Notes under the pieces: generated by a model
What the model was told of the DNA's origin: nothing
The model's input: only the letters and a program-made list of their open reading frames with translations
Database searches by the model: none
Assembly: GCA_013911655.1 (NCBI GenBank)
Contig: JACESU010000002.1
Coordinates: 64,901-128,900, forward strand
Source: Alphaproteobacteria bacterium
GTDB lineage: Bacteria > Pseudomonadota > Alphaproteobacteria > Caedimonadales > UBA1908
Direction of reading: 5' to 3'
DNA: 64,000 nt
In this document: in pieces, positions 27,057 through 35,380 of the stretch
Layout of the letters: every line of letters begins with the position of its first letter
Position numbering within the stretch: the first letter of the stretch is position 1
Translations under genes and position numbers: made by a program

Positions 27057-27138
27057 ACAGGGAGTGATCAATGAAAAAATTATATGGGTGGGCCTTGTGT
27101 CTGGGGCTTCTTGCGGGACCAGTTTTTGGGTCGGCTGA
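27057..27138 (+). repeat. conserved 5' UTR/SD plus signal-peptide-coding repeat, copy 2
   Basis: See copy 1 (26133-26214). Confidence 0.85.
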
Positions 27139-28351
27139 AGATGAAGAAGAGCGGGGACAGCACGTTGGCGTTACCAAGGTCAACGCATACGATACTATGT
27201 ATAATCATGTGAGTCGCTTGCCTAACGGTTTTGCTCTTCAAGCCTATCTCAATGCTCAAATCGAGTTTTTTTGGCAAAAGGGCCTGTATAGCGAGTTCGT
27301 TGCGACCAAAGCGATTTATCAGCTTCTTTTAAAGGCGCTGGTGGATGAAGTCGACGCCTGGCCCGCCTATGCAAAAGAAATTCGTCAAACTCTTGAAACG
27401 TACCGGGCAGAAGGGCTAGCGGCCTCTGATGATTTTTTAAAAAAAATTGATGATACGTCTCCGGCTGTGATTGAAAATTGCCATGGCGCCCAAGCGTTTG
27501 CGCCGCGCAAAAGTGTGCTCCAAGAGCTTTGTGAACATGCGCCCGAGCAAGTCCTTGCACTCAAACACGATCTACAGATGCCGGCCTCTGCCCTTGCGAT
27601 GGCGTCTAAAAACAGGGATGTCGCGGCCTTGCTATCCTATTTCAAAGGGATTGATGAGTTACACTTTTTACGCCAACATGCCGCCCTTTCACTCCTTGAG
27701 AAAACAACGGCTGAGGCCCTTGAACACGCTGAGAGTTCACCTGAGTTAAGGAAAAACCTGACGATGTCCGTTGAATGGTCACTCTTGTTGCCGATCATTT
27801 TTTCACCAGCCCTTCCTGTCACAATGGATGACGAGATTTTGTTACATAGTCCTCTTGTGCGCCTTTATTTGGATCACTATGTCAAGGAGCATGAAAAGTT
27901 TAATTTTAAGGCCTCTAGTGGTTTCTTAAAAGCCCTTCAAACCCATACTCAAAAAGCAAATTGGCGAGTCTTCACAGAAGAAATGAACACAGTTACACAA
28001 GTGTATACAAAAGCCACTTGGGAAGATTGCCTTGCCGTGTGGGAAGAAGACAAAGAACGCCTTGCCACCCTGCAAAGCTCATTTCCTGATTTTAAAGCGC
28101 TATTTGTCGCGGAAAATCTTCCCCATACGCTTTATTTTGCCACACTTCAATATTATCTAGGGTGGTTTGCCGTAGAGTTTCATCAAAGAGCACTTTTGGG
28201 AACCTTTCCTAAGGAAGGATTTATACTCGCTTACACAGCGTGGCGTGAGATTGGTCCTGAGTGTTTTCAAGAAGGGAGCATCCCCCTTGAAATCACGCCA
28301 GAAGCGTGGGAAAAGTTAAAGAGTTTTAAACTGCTTCCTGCAAGGACGTAA
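27071..28351 (+). CDS. secreted hypothetical protein, tandem paralogue family member 3 (with ~180-aa C-terminal extension)
   Basis: Signal peptide MKKLYGWALCLGLLAGPVFG. Family blocks LQAYLNAQIEFFWQKGLYSEFVATKAIYQLL and FLRQHAALSLLEK...SVEWSLLLPIIFSPAL. An extra C-terminal region follows (from MDDEILLHSPLVRLYL...). Confidence 0.85.
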   Translation: MKKLYGWALCLGLLAGPVFGSAEDEEERGQHVGVTKVNAYDTMYNHVSRLPNGFALQAYLNAQIEFFWQKGLYSEFVATKAIYQLLLKALVDEVDAWPAYAKEIRQTLETYRAEGLAASDDFLKKIDDTSPAVIENCHGAQAFAPRKSVLQELCEHAPEQVLALKHDLQMPASALAMASKNRDVAALLSYFKGIDELHFLRQHAALSLLEKTTAEALEHAESSPELRKNLTMSVEWSLLLPIIFSPALPVTMDDEILLHSPLVRLYLDHYVKEHEKFNFKASSGFLKALQTHTQKANWRVFTEEMNTVTQVYTKATWEDCLAVWEEDKERLATLQSSFPDFKALFVAENLPHTLYFATLQYYLGWFAVEFHQRALLGTFPKEGFILAYTAWREIGPECFQEGSIPLEITPEAWEKLKSFKLLPART

Positions 28352-28360
28352 GGCACGCGG

Positions 28361-29203
28361 ATGTTTTCCTATCAACATGTCTATCATGCAGGGTCCCTTG
28401 CAGACATCCACAAGCACGCGTTTTTAGCCGTGCTTGTGGAAAGTCTGACGCAAAAGGACCGCCCTGTCAGTTATCTTGAAACCCACAGTGGCCGAGGGAT
28501 GTATGATGTATCATCACCCGAATCTTTGAAGACCGGAGAGGCAAAAAATGGCATTTTGCGCCTGGTGGCAGAGCAAGGCATGTCGAAGGATCATCCCTAT
28601 TGGCGCGCGGTTAATACGCATCAAGACAAATTTGGGGGGGCGAGTTATCCAGGCTCTCCTTGGATTGCGCGTTCTCTTCTGCGCGACCAAGACCAGCTTT
28701 ACCTGATGGAGTGTCACCCCCAAGAAATTTTGCATTTAAAAAAAAATATGAATGAACCCAATGTGCATATCCACGAACGTGATGGATATGAAGGGGTGCT
28801 TGCCCTCAGTCCGCCACAGGCAAGGCGTGGCCTCATTTTTATTGATCCGACCTATGAAGACAAAAACGAATACGAGCGCGTGGTCGCATTTACCAAGACG
28901 CTTCATGATAAATGGAAAGAGGCTGTCATTTGTGTCTGGTATCCGATCTTAAGGGCGGGTCATCAGGAAAAACTGACCAAAGCTCTTTCTCGGACCGACA
29001 TAGAGGTAAGTGTCTGGGAGATGCTGTTTCCTCAAAGCCTTGTGGGGTACGGCCTTCTGGGCAGTGGTCTTTATATCGTAAATATGCCTTATGGGATCAA
29101 GGATGCGCTTCAAAAGACAGACGCCCACTTGATAGCCTGGTTGAAACAAACAGCATCTCTTGCGCTAAGCGAGCAAAAAGAGACTGAAGATTATTTCTTT
29201 TAA
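28361..29203 (+). CDS. rlmJ: 23S rRNA (adenine-N6)-methyltransferase RlmJ
   Basis: 280 aa. The N-terminus MFSYQHVYHAGSLADIHKH matches the RlmJ signature (YRHxFHAGNxADVxKH). The (D/N)PP(Y/F)-type motif is present as IDPTYE. Confidence 0.82.
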   Translation: MFSYQHVYHAGSLADIHKHAFLAVLVESLTQKDRPVSYLETHSGRGMYDVSSPESLKTGEAKNGILRLVAEQGMSKDHPYWRAVNTHQDKFGGASYPGSPWIARSLLRDQDQLYLMECHPQEILHLKKNMNEPNVHIHERDGYEGVLALSPPQARRGLIFIDPTYEDKNEYERVVAFTKTLHDKWKEAVICVWYPILRAGHQEKLTKALSRTDIEVSVWEMLFPQSLVGYGLLGSGLYIVNMPYGIKDALQKTDAHLIAWLKQTASLALSEQKETEDYFF

Positions 29204-29221
29204 ATAAGTATCTTTTGGATA

Positions 29222-29258
29222 TAAAAAAGCCCGACATCACAAATGCCGGGCTTTTTTC
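29222..29258. terminator. bidirectional rho-independent terminator (rlmJ / rpsU convergent ends)
   Basis: AAAAAA-GCCCGACAU-cacaa-AUGCCGGGC-UUUUUU: a 9-bp stem with one mismatch at 29229-29251, an A-run on the left and a U-run on the right. Confidence 0.7.
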
Positions 29259-29273
29259 TGACATCACGTAGAC

Positions 29274-29477
29274 TTAGTAACCGTCACGTTCAAAACGCTT
29301 GCGCAAAAGCTTACGCATACGTCTGACCGCTTCGGCGCCTTCGCGTTTGCGGCGTTCGCAGGGCTTTTCAAAGTCCCGACGAAGCTTCATTTCACGAAAA
29401 ACGCCCTCCCTTTGAAGTTTTTTCTTCAAAAGTCGCATGGCCTGTTCTACGTTGTTATCTCGTACATAGACTAACAC
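29274..29477 (-). CDS. rpsU: 30S ribosomal protein S21
   Basis: ...[42 protein letters not shown]... is a typical S21. I place the start at GTG 29477 (xLVYVRDNN, 67 aa). GTG 29489 and the ORF-track ATG 29534 are alternatives. Confidence 0.88.
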   Translation of the reverse strand: MLVYVRDNNVEQAMRLLKKKLQREGVFREMKLRRDFEKPCERRKREGAEAVRRMRKLLRKRFERDGY

Positions 29478-29578
29478 GAGAGATGTCACTCTCCTTTCTA
29501 GCTTATGAAGTGGCCTTTCACCAAGAAAGACCAAGCAAGGAAGTGTAGCACGATAAAGTAATATAAGGGAAGCAAATC

Positions 29579-30202
29579 ATGACCGTGGAACACACGTCTG
29601 CGCAACAACAAGAAGAAATCCTTTTGGCAACGCTGTCTCATGTGCCGTTTGAAGGGTGGACCATGGAAGCGTTGCGTCGTGGGTGTGAAACGGTGGGCTA
29701 TCCAAGAGAGCGCGCCAACTGGCTTTTTGGGGCGAGCCCTCTTGGACTTGTTGAGGCCTTTTTTTTGATGACGGATCGTAAGATGCTTTTGGCGTTGGAT
29801 GAGCATGATTTAACACAAATGCGAGTCAGGGACCGCGTGGCTCTTGCCATCAGGCTGCGTCTTGAGCTTTTGGAAGCCCACAAAATAGCTGTTGACCGGG
29901 CATTGGCTTTTTTGTCCCATCCAACCCGTCTTCGTGAAGGACTCTCGTTTGTGGCGCGCACGGTAAGTGAGATTTGGTACGCGGCCGGAGACAGTGCCAC
30001 AGATTTTAACTACTACACAAAGCGCGCCCTTTTGATGGGTGTTTATATGACAACGCTTAGATTTTGGTTGCGGGACACCTCACCAAGCCACACAGAAACG
30101 CACGATTTTTTGGAAAGCAAGCTTGATAAAGTGATGCAAATTCCTAAGGTAAAAGAAAAAATCAAACAAGTGTCTGGAAAACTGGGTAACTTGTTTAGAT
30201 AA
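29579..30202 (+). CDS. COQ9-family protein (the alphaproteobacterial 'rpsU-divergently transcribed protein')
   Basis: 207 aa and helical, transcribed divergently from rpsU exactly as in the family of that name. The N-terminal region EILLATLSHVPFEGWT... is consistent with my recollection of COQ9-like proteins. Confidence 0.7.
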   Translation: MTVEHTSAQQQEEILLATLSHVPFEGWTMEALRRGCETVGYPRERANWLFGASPLGLVEAFFLMTDRKMLLALDEHDLTQMRVRDRVALAIRLRLELLEAHKIAVDRALAFLSHPTRLREGLSFVARTVSEIWYAAGDSATDFNYYTKRALLMGVYMTTLRFWLRDTSPSHTETHDFLESKLDKVMQIPKVKEKIKQVSGKLGNLFR

Positions 30203-30223
30203 AAGCCTATAAAGGGAGGGCCT

Positions 30224-31435
30224 ATGAAAAAGAACACCCTCGGTGCCGTCATTCTTGCGATCATCTGCGGCACGCGCGTGGTCGCAAGCGAGGAATCTGT
30301 ACTGCTCCTTGCCTTTACCGCGAGCGAAGCCAAATCCTTTGAAAGTGTGTCAAAAGAGCTTGTGCGTCTCAACGTTCCTCACGCTTTGGTGGGTCTTGGC
30401 GTTGCCTACGCAATTTTGAAAGATCACCCGCGAGCGCTGTCCTTAAAAGTGAAGTGCGGCCTAAGAGGTCCTGTCCACCGCACGGAGTGGCCCTCAAAAC
30501 AGCGCCTGCCAGAGGGAGATCTTCTCAAGCTCTCGGGATGCCTTGATCCCCACGTCGCAATGTTGGGGACATATGCCCGTGTGCAAGCCCAAATCGCCTC
30601 AATCTTTCGTAAAAAAGGAAGCTATGTGATTTCGTTTTACGATGATTTTTATAAAGATACTCCGCAAATTATGGTCAAAAGCGCGCTTCCAAGATCCCAT
30701 GAAATTTTGTTGCCCACGCCAAAACTGCTCCCCTTTTTCCAAAAGATTTTTCCCCACATTCCAACCCATGTGACGGGAAGACCCAATAACGAGACGTGGC
30801 TTTTTGCCAGAAAGCGCGTCAACGAGGTGCGCCTTCGTGAAAAGCTGATCCCCCAAGCATTTAGAAAGCATAAAATCCTTTTTTATTTGGGGGGATACGG
30901 ACGAGATTACAACGATTCCTTTGAAGAGCTTGTAAAGTTTGTTAAGCAAAAACCAGAGCTGTTAGCCGTTTACTCCCCTTATCCAGGCGACAATGGCAAA
31001 AGAGAAATGTCGCTCATCCAGATGTACGGTGTGAAAAATTTCATCGCGCTTCCCCCAGACGTGCCGGTAGAAGAAGCCGTTTATCTGGCAGACCGCATCT
31101 TGTGTCACAGGTCTAACACAGGGATTCAAGCAGCCTTTGCAGGGCTTGCGGTGGGATATTACGACACCAGCCTTTATGTGTATCAAAATCCTTTGATCGA
31201 TAAAGGGATTGTGCCCCATCTTCAAACCCAGAAAGACCTTCATAAATTCATTGATGAGCCCTATCAGCATCCTCGTCACACCCCAGAAGAGCTGAGTGAA
31301 AAAATGAATTGGCCTTTGGGGGCGGCGCACACCATTGCCCTTCGGATCAAAGAACGTTTGACAAGCCGTCTTCACGCGTCGTCCCTCCAAGGACTTCCCT
31401 GGCAAGGCCCTGGAATCCTTGATCCCTCATCTTAA
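30224..31435 (+). CDS. hypothetical protein with signal peptide; possible Rossmann/GT-B-like C-terminal half
   Basis: GGGAGG SD and signal MKKNTLGAVILAIICGTRVVAS. The C-terminal pattern KILFYLGGYG...LAVYSPYPG...ADRILCHRSNTGIQAAFAGLAVGYYD loosely resembles the nucleotide-sugar-binding half of GT-B enzymes. This is a weak impression only. Confidence 0.65.
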   Translation: MKKNTLGAVILAIICGTRVVASEESVLLLAFTASEAKSFESVSKELVRLNVPHALVGLGVAYAILKDHPRALSLKVKCGLRGPVHRTEWPSKQRLPEGDLLKLSGCLDPHVAMLGTYARVQAQIASIFRKKGSYVISFYDDFYKDTPQIMVKSALPRSHEILLPTPKLLPFFQKIFPHIPTHVTGRPNNETWLFARKRVNEVRLREKLIPQAFRKHKILFYLGGYGRDYNDSFEELVKFVKQKPELLAVYSPYPGDNGKREMSLIQMYGVKNFIALPPDVPVEEAVYLADRILCHRSNTGIQAAFAGLAVGYYDTSLYVYQNPLIDKGIVPHLQTQKDLHKFIDEPYQHPRHTPEELSEKMNWPLGAAHTIALRIKERLTSRLHASSLQGLPWQGPGILDPSS

Positions 31436-31472
31436 AGAATAAGGGGGGTATCGTAGATCCCCTCGAGCATTC

Positions 31473-32048
31473 TTAAGCCACTTTTGTTAACAGTGATCCC
31501 ATGATGGATTTAGGGGCATCTTTGTCCGATAAAAGCGGATAGTCTTTGCTGTTAAAAAGCTGGTAATGCCACCACTCGTTAAAGTAAAAGTCCCACCCGG
31601 CCGTACTCATAATGGCAAGCAGCATAAATCGGTTACGTTCGGCCTCAAGGGTCAGGCCTGTACTCCCGTGATGAGAAAACTCTGTAAAATCATCAAAAGG
31701 GGTACCCATTTCAAGGTCTTGTCCTGTTTTCAGGTCATAAAGCGTCAGGTCAATGGCAACACCGCGTCCATGGGGAGAGCCCTTGCGGGGATCACCGACA
31801 TACCGAGGGTCAGGAACCCGCTCCCACAAGAGCCACTGAGCTTCACTGGGTCGAAAGGCATCAAAAAGGTGCAGGCCGTACCCGTGACGCTTGGCAATAG
31901 AGAGGGCCTTTTGAAGTTTTTCAGCCGCCTCTGCGTGCAAATAGCAATAGGCATGTTCATAGGCGGGCGCCCCCATGAAATTGTTGGATGTTGCATAAGC
32001 AAGGGAGATTTTTAACGCGTCTTGGGGAAGAATTTCAACAAGTGACAT
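31473..32048 (-). CDS. D-alanyl-D-alanine dipeptidase (VanX/DdpX, M15D)
   Basis: Zn-ligand and catalytic motifs SPHGRGVAIDL and NEWWHYQL, with FDAFRPSEAQ. ATG 32048 has AAGGA upstream and gives 191 aa, the typical DdpX size. Confidence 0.85.
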   Translation of the reverse strand: MSLVEILPQDALKISLAYATSNNFMGAPAYEHAYCYLHAEAAEKLQKALSIAKRHGYGLHLFDAFRPSEAQWLLWERVPDPRYVGDPRKGSPHGRGVAIDLTLYDLKTGQDLEMGTPFDDFTEFSHHGSTGLTLEAERNRFMLLAIMSTAGWDFYFNEWWHYQLFNSKDYPLLSDKDAPKSIMGSLLTKVA

Positions 32049-32116
32049 GATTGTTTCCTTTACAAAAACCCACACTTTCATCTATAGACCCCATAGGAGC
32101 CACAGACAAGACTTTC

Positions 32117-32749
32117 ATGCTGACCTTAACTTTTGAAACGGCAAACTTTGGTGCGTCAGGCGCCTTGATCAAAGAGGGAAATATCCTAGCTGAAGCCGCG
32201 TGGACAGAGGTATACGGTCAGGCAAGCTTTCTGGTGCCTGCCTTGAAAACGTTGGTAGAGAGGGCGGGATACGCCCTTAGGGACGTGGAACAGGTGATCA
32301 CGACCACAGGACCCGGGTCCTTTACGGGGCAGCGCGTTGGGCTTTCTATTGCCAGAACCCTTGAAGTTGCAGGCGGGATGCGCGTTTTAGGGATGACATC
32401 GTTCGAGTGGATCGCGGGGGGCTTCGTGCGCGCATATCCCAAAACAGGTCGCCCTCTTTTGGTGACACTCACCACGGGGCGGGCTGATTTATTTTTTCAG
32501 CTTTTTGATGAAAACGGCGCACCCCTCAAAGAACCTGCCAGTTTGGTCCCTCAAGAGATAGGAACATATGCCCCGCAAGAGAGTCTTGTTGTGGGGCAAG
32601 ATTGCCACGTGCTTAAAGAGTTGGGGTGGCAGGCCTATGAAGGACCTTGGCAGCCTCGCGCCCGGGACCTTGGGCTGATGCCAAGGCCCCTTAAGACGGA
32701 TCTGAGTCCTTTTTATCTGCGTCCTGTGGATGCAACGCCTCAGCCCTAG
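32117..32749 (+). CDS. tsaB: tRNA t6A37 biosynthesis protein TsaB
   Basis: ASKHA-fold N-terminus (LTLTFETA...) and the TsaB motif GPGSFTGQRVGL. ATG 32117 is preferred over the ORF-track start at 32051. Confidence 0.82.
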   Translation: MLTLTFETANFGASGALIKEGNILAEAAWTEVYGQASFLVPALKTLVERAGYALRDVEQVITTTGPGSFTGQRVGLSIARTLEVAGGMRVLGMTSFEWIAGGFVRAYPKTGRPLLVTLTTGRADLFFQLFDENGAPLKEPASLVPQEIGTYAPQESLVVGQDCHVLKELGWQAYEGPWQPRARDLGLMPRPLKTDLSPFYLRPVDATPQP

Positions 32750-33344
32750 CTTTTTCTTTTTTGTAACGCAGATATTTGAACGTAATGACGAGAGCAGCTA
32801 CGACGCCTACTCCAGTAAAAAACACAACTTGATAGTGGTGTAGCTTGGCAAAGACGGCTTTGATGGTATCGGCAAAAAAGTACCCAAGAGTATAGCCAGC
32901 GCCGCAGCTCACAACCGCCCAAAAAAGCCCTGAAATCAGGTTAAGGATGATAAAGCGTTTGATGGTAATCCCGCTGGCGCCAATGATGATGGGACTAATG
33001 ATGCGTACCCCGTAGACAAATCTGAACCCCATAATAAACAAGATGTTATATTTATGCAAAAGTCTGAACGCTTTTTCAGAAGGTTTGTGAAGGCTGGGGA
33101 ATCGGTCAATGATGCGTGTTCCGTAATGACGTCCAATAAAGAAAGACACTTGGTCTGCGAAAACGGTGGCGCTAAAAGAAATAGCGACGATCAAAGGAAA
33201 GGAAAGTTTCCCCGTATAAGAAAGAAAACCAGCTGTTAAAACAACAGACTCACCCTCAACCAAAGATCCCAGAAAAAGAATGAGATATGCATAAAAGGGA
33301 TCAATCCCGAAAAGAAAGTCTTCCAATGGTGGTACCAGTGTCAC
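32691..33344 (-). CDS. DedA-family inner-membrane protein
   Basis: 217 aa and polytopic. DedA/SNARE-associated pattern (LGSLVEGESVVLTAGFL, FIGRHYG, F.FVYGVRIISPIIIGASG). GTG start. Confidence 0.82.
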   Translation of the reverse strand: MTLVPPLEDFLFGIDPFYAYLILFLGSLVEGESVVLTAGFLSYTGKLSFPLIVAISFSATVFADQVSFFIGRHYGTRIIDRFPSLHKPSEKAFRLLHKYNILFIMGFRFVYGVRIISPIIIGASGITIKRFIILNLISGLFWAVVSCGAGYTLGYFFADTIKAVFAKLHHYQVVFFTGVGVVAALVITFKYLRYKKEKARAEALHPQDADKKDSDPS

Positions 33345-33396
33345 CTAAACCTGCTTACGGTTATAAGAGGTTTAGGTGCGATCTGACAAGGCTCTT

Positions 33397-34383
33397 TTAC
33401 GAGGATTTGACAGGGGGCGTTGCAAACACGTCAATGCCGTCTGGCAAGGTGAGGCGCAAACGCTTGGCCACTTTTTTGTTAACATACAGCTTCTCAGCGT
33501 GCACGTCTGCGACAGGAATGGTTGACGCTTTTTCACCACTTAGAAGGCGAACCACAAGTTTTCCGGTGGCGCGTCCCACATCGTACTGATCATTGGCAAG
33601 GGCAGCGAGGGCACCCCGCTTCACCGAATCAGGGTCACTTGTGAAAACGGGCACCTCAGAGGCGTTGGTAGTCACAAGCACAGACTCTAGGGCTGAGATG
33701 ACCGTATTATCATTCATGAGAAGGATCGCTTGCACCTTGCCCATGAGGGCTTTGGTCGCACTTGTCACATCGGACGAACGGGAAATGGTTTTCTCGACAA
33801 TTTCCAGTCCAAGTTTGGCGGCCTCTTTTTTAAGAAGGGTCAGTTGAAACACGTTGTTGGCTTCCCCGGGATTGTAAACCGTGCCAATGGCTTTAACCTG
33901 GGGCACGACGTCCTTGATAAGGGTCAGCTGGCGCGCACAAGGAGGCAGATCCGTGGTGCCGGTAATGTTTCCACCTGTGTGATCAAGGGATTGGACAAGC
34001 TTTGCTGACACTGGGTCTGTGACCGCCCCAAAGACGATGGGAATACCGGCGTCCCTGGAGGCGGTCAGGGCTGTTTGGGCAGAGGGTGTTGAAATCGCTA
34101 CAATCACACGGGGAGAAAGGGCGACAAACTTTTGGGCAATTTGCGCGGCAAGGGCGGGGTTCCCTTGGGCGTTATCGTAAACCAAGGACACGCTTTCTTT
34201 ATCGGTGTAACCAGAAGCCACAAGTTCATCTACAATACCTTGGCGGATGGCATCAAGAGAGGGGTGTTGGACAATTTGAGTCAAGGCCACAAGGGGCTGG
34301 GAGACGGCGTTGGCGGGTGTGATGGCACAGAAAATGGTGGCAAAAAAAGCGCTAAGAAACTTTTTAGAGGCTTGGGCAAACAT
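33397..34383 (-). CDS. ABC-transporter periplasmic substrate-binding protein (COG2984/ABC_sub_bind-like), orphan
   Basis: Signal peptide MFAQASKKFLSAFFATIFCAITPANA. Periplasmic-binding-protein pattern VAISTPSAQ, IPIVFGAVTDPV, TVYNPGEANN. ATG 34383 has AGGAG 7 nt upstream. No permease or ATPase gene is adjacent. Confidence 0.75.
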   Translation of the reverse strand: MFAQASKKFLSAFFATIFCAITPANAVSQPLVALTQIVQHPSLDAIRQGIVDELVASGYTDKESVSLVYDNAQGNPALAAQIAQKFVALSPRVIVAISTPSAQTALTASRDAGIPIVFGAVTDPVSAKLVQSLDHTGGNITGTTDLPPCARQLTLIKDVVPQVKAIGTVYNPGEANNVFQLTLLKKEAAKLGLEIVEKTISRSSDVTSATKALMGKVQAILLMNDNTVISALESVLVTTNASEVPVFTSDPDSVKRGALAALANDQYDVGRATGKLVVRLLSGEKASTIPVADVHAEKLYVNKKVAKRLRLTLPDGIDVFATPPVKSS

Positions 34384-34717
34384 GGCATAACTCCTGATCA
34401 AAAAAACGGTATAAAAAGGGGGATTGGGAACAAAGACGCCATCGCCACCATCGACCGTTTTGTAGATGAGGAGTGTTATTAAAGAAGTAAGAGGAGACCA
34501 AGCGCTTGCGTAATGTTATGTGCACGGTGGTCCTCCTTTCCTTCTTAGACCCTAAAAGACCTCTTTAATATGTTGGGGTGCCTTTTAAAAGTCAAGGAGA
34601 TTAGGAATGGTGATGAAAGGGGATAAGATGCTTGAAGGGATCTTTTCTTAAAAAAATCTTGAGTTTTTCATCAAAGGCGGGCATGTCAGAAGAAGATGTT
34701 TTTCTGTAAGGGCGCCT

Positions 34718-35329
34718 ATGTTACGACGACTTTATAACTGGATTATGCAATTTGCGGGTAGGCCCAGTGCGCCCTGGGTGCTGGCTGCAGTCTCCTTTGC
34801 CGAAAGCTCGTTCTTTCCGCTGCCTCCTGATCCTTTGTACATTGCGATGCTCGTGGCCGACCGTAAATCCGTATGGCGGCTTGCGACATTATGTACCATT
34901 TCTTCCGTTGTTGGAGGGGTTTTAGGGTACTACATCGGATACGCGCTCTACGAGAGTTTGGGCGGGTGGATTATTGAGACCTATGGGATGGGAGATGCCT
35001 TTACCACCTTTCAAACAGATTTCAAAAAATGGGGCTTTTGGCTCATTGCCCTTAAAGGACTTACCCCCATTCCTTATAAGCTTGTGACCATTGCAAGCGG
35101 TGTGGCAAAGCTTGATATGGGGACCTTTATTGCAGCTTCTATTTTGGCCAGGGGCTTTAGATTTTTTACCCTGGGTGCCCTTATGTATCACTTTGGTGAT
35201 GACATCAGAGCGCAGCTTGATAAGAATCTCGGCATTATCACAGTGTCAGGGATTGCGGCGCTGGCACTGGGGTTCGTGATTATCAAGTATCTGCCACAAA
35301 TTGGGGCATTTTTCTCCTCCCTCTTTTAA
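34718..35329 (+). CDS. YqaA-like (DedA-superfamily) membrane protein
   Basis: 203 aa. The motif SFAESSFFPLPPDPL is typical of YqaA/COG1238. Polytopic. Confidence 0.75.
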   Translation: MLRRLYNWIMQFAGRPSAPWVLAAVSFAESSFFPLPPDPLYIAMLVADRKSVWRLATLCTISSVVGGVLGYYIGYALYESLGGWIIETYGMGDAFTTFQTDFKKWGFWLIALKGLTPIPYKLVTIASGVAKLDMGTFIAASILARGFRFFTLGALMYHFGDDIRAQLDKNLGIITVSGIAALALGFVIIKYLPQIGAFFSSLF

Positions 35330-35380
35330 AAAAAGCGTGATAGCGTCAAAAGATTGTGACGCGTCATAAGGGCTTTGAAA

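Noticed and set aside
32691-32749. 59-bp convergent overlap of the tsaB and dedA 3' ends
   Set aside because: Both ORFs are well supported. The overlap involves only poorly conserved C-terminal tails and may reflect a slightly early true stop or an annotation ambiguity. It is noted but not considered biologically remarkable.
34470-34550. Imperfect hairpin AGGAGACC...GGTCCTCCT in the same spacer. Riboswitch or sRNA?
   Set aside because: It has a single bulged stem with a ~30-nt loop and no resemblance to any riboswitch consensus I know. It cannot be supported without covariance or expression data.
34607-34651. 14-codon mini-ORF (MVMKGDKMLEGIFS) with a good AAGGAG SD in the 334-bp spacer upstream of the YqaA-like gene. 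Possible leader peptide.
   Set aside because: I could not fold any attenuator or terminator structure downstream, there are no informative codon runs, and the ORF is too short to support.
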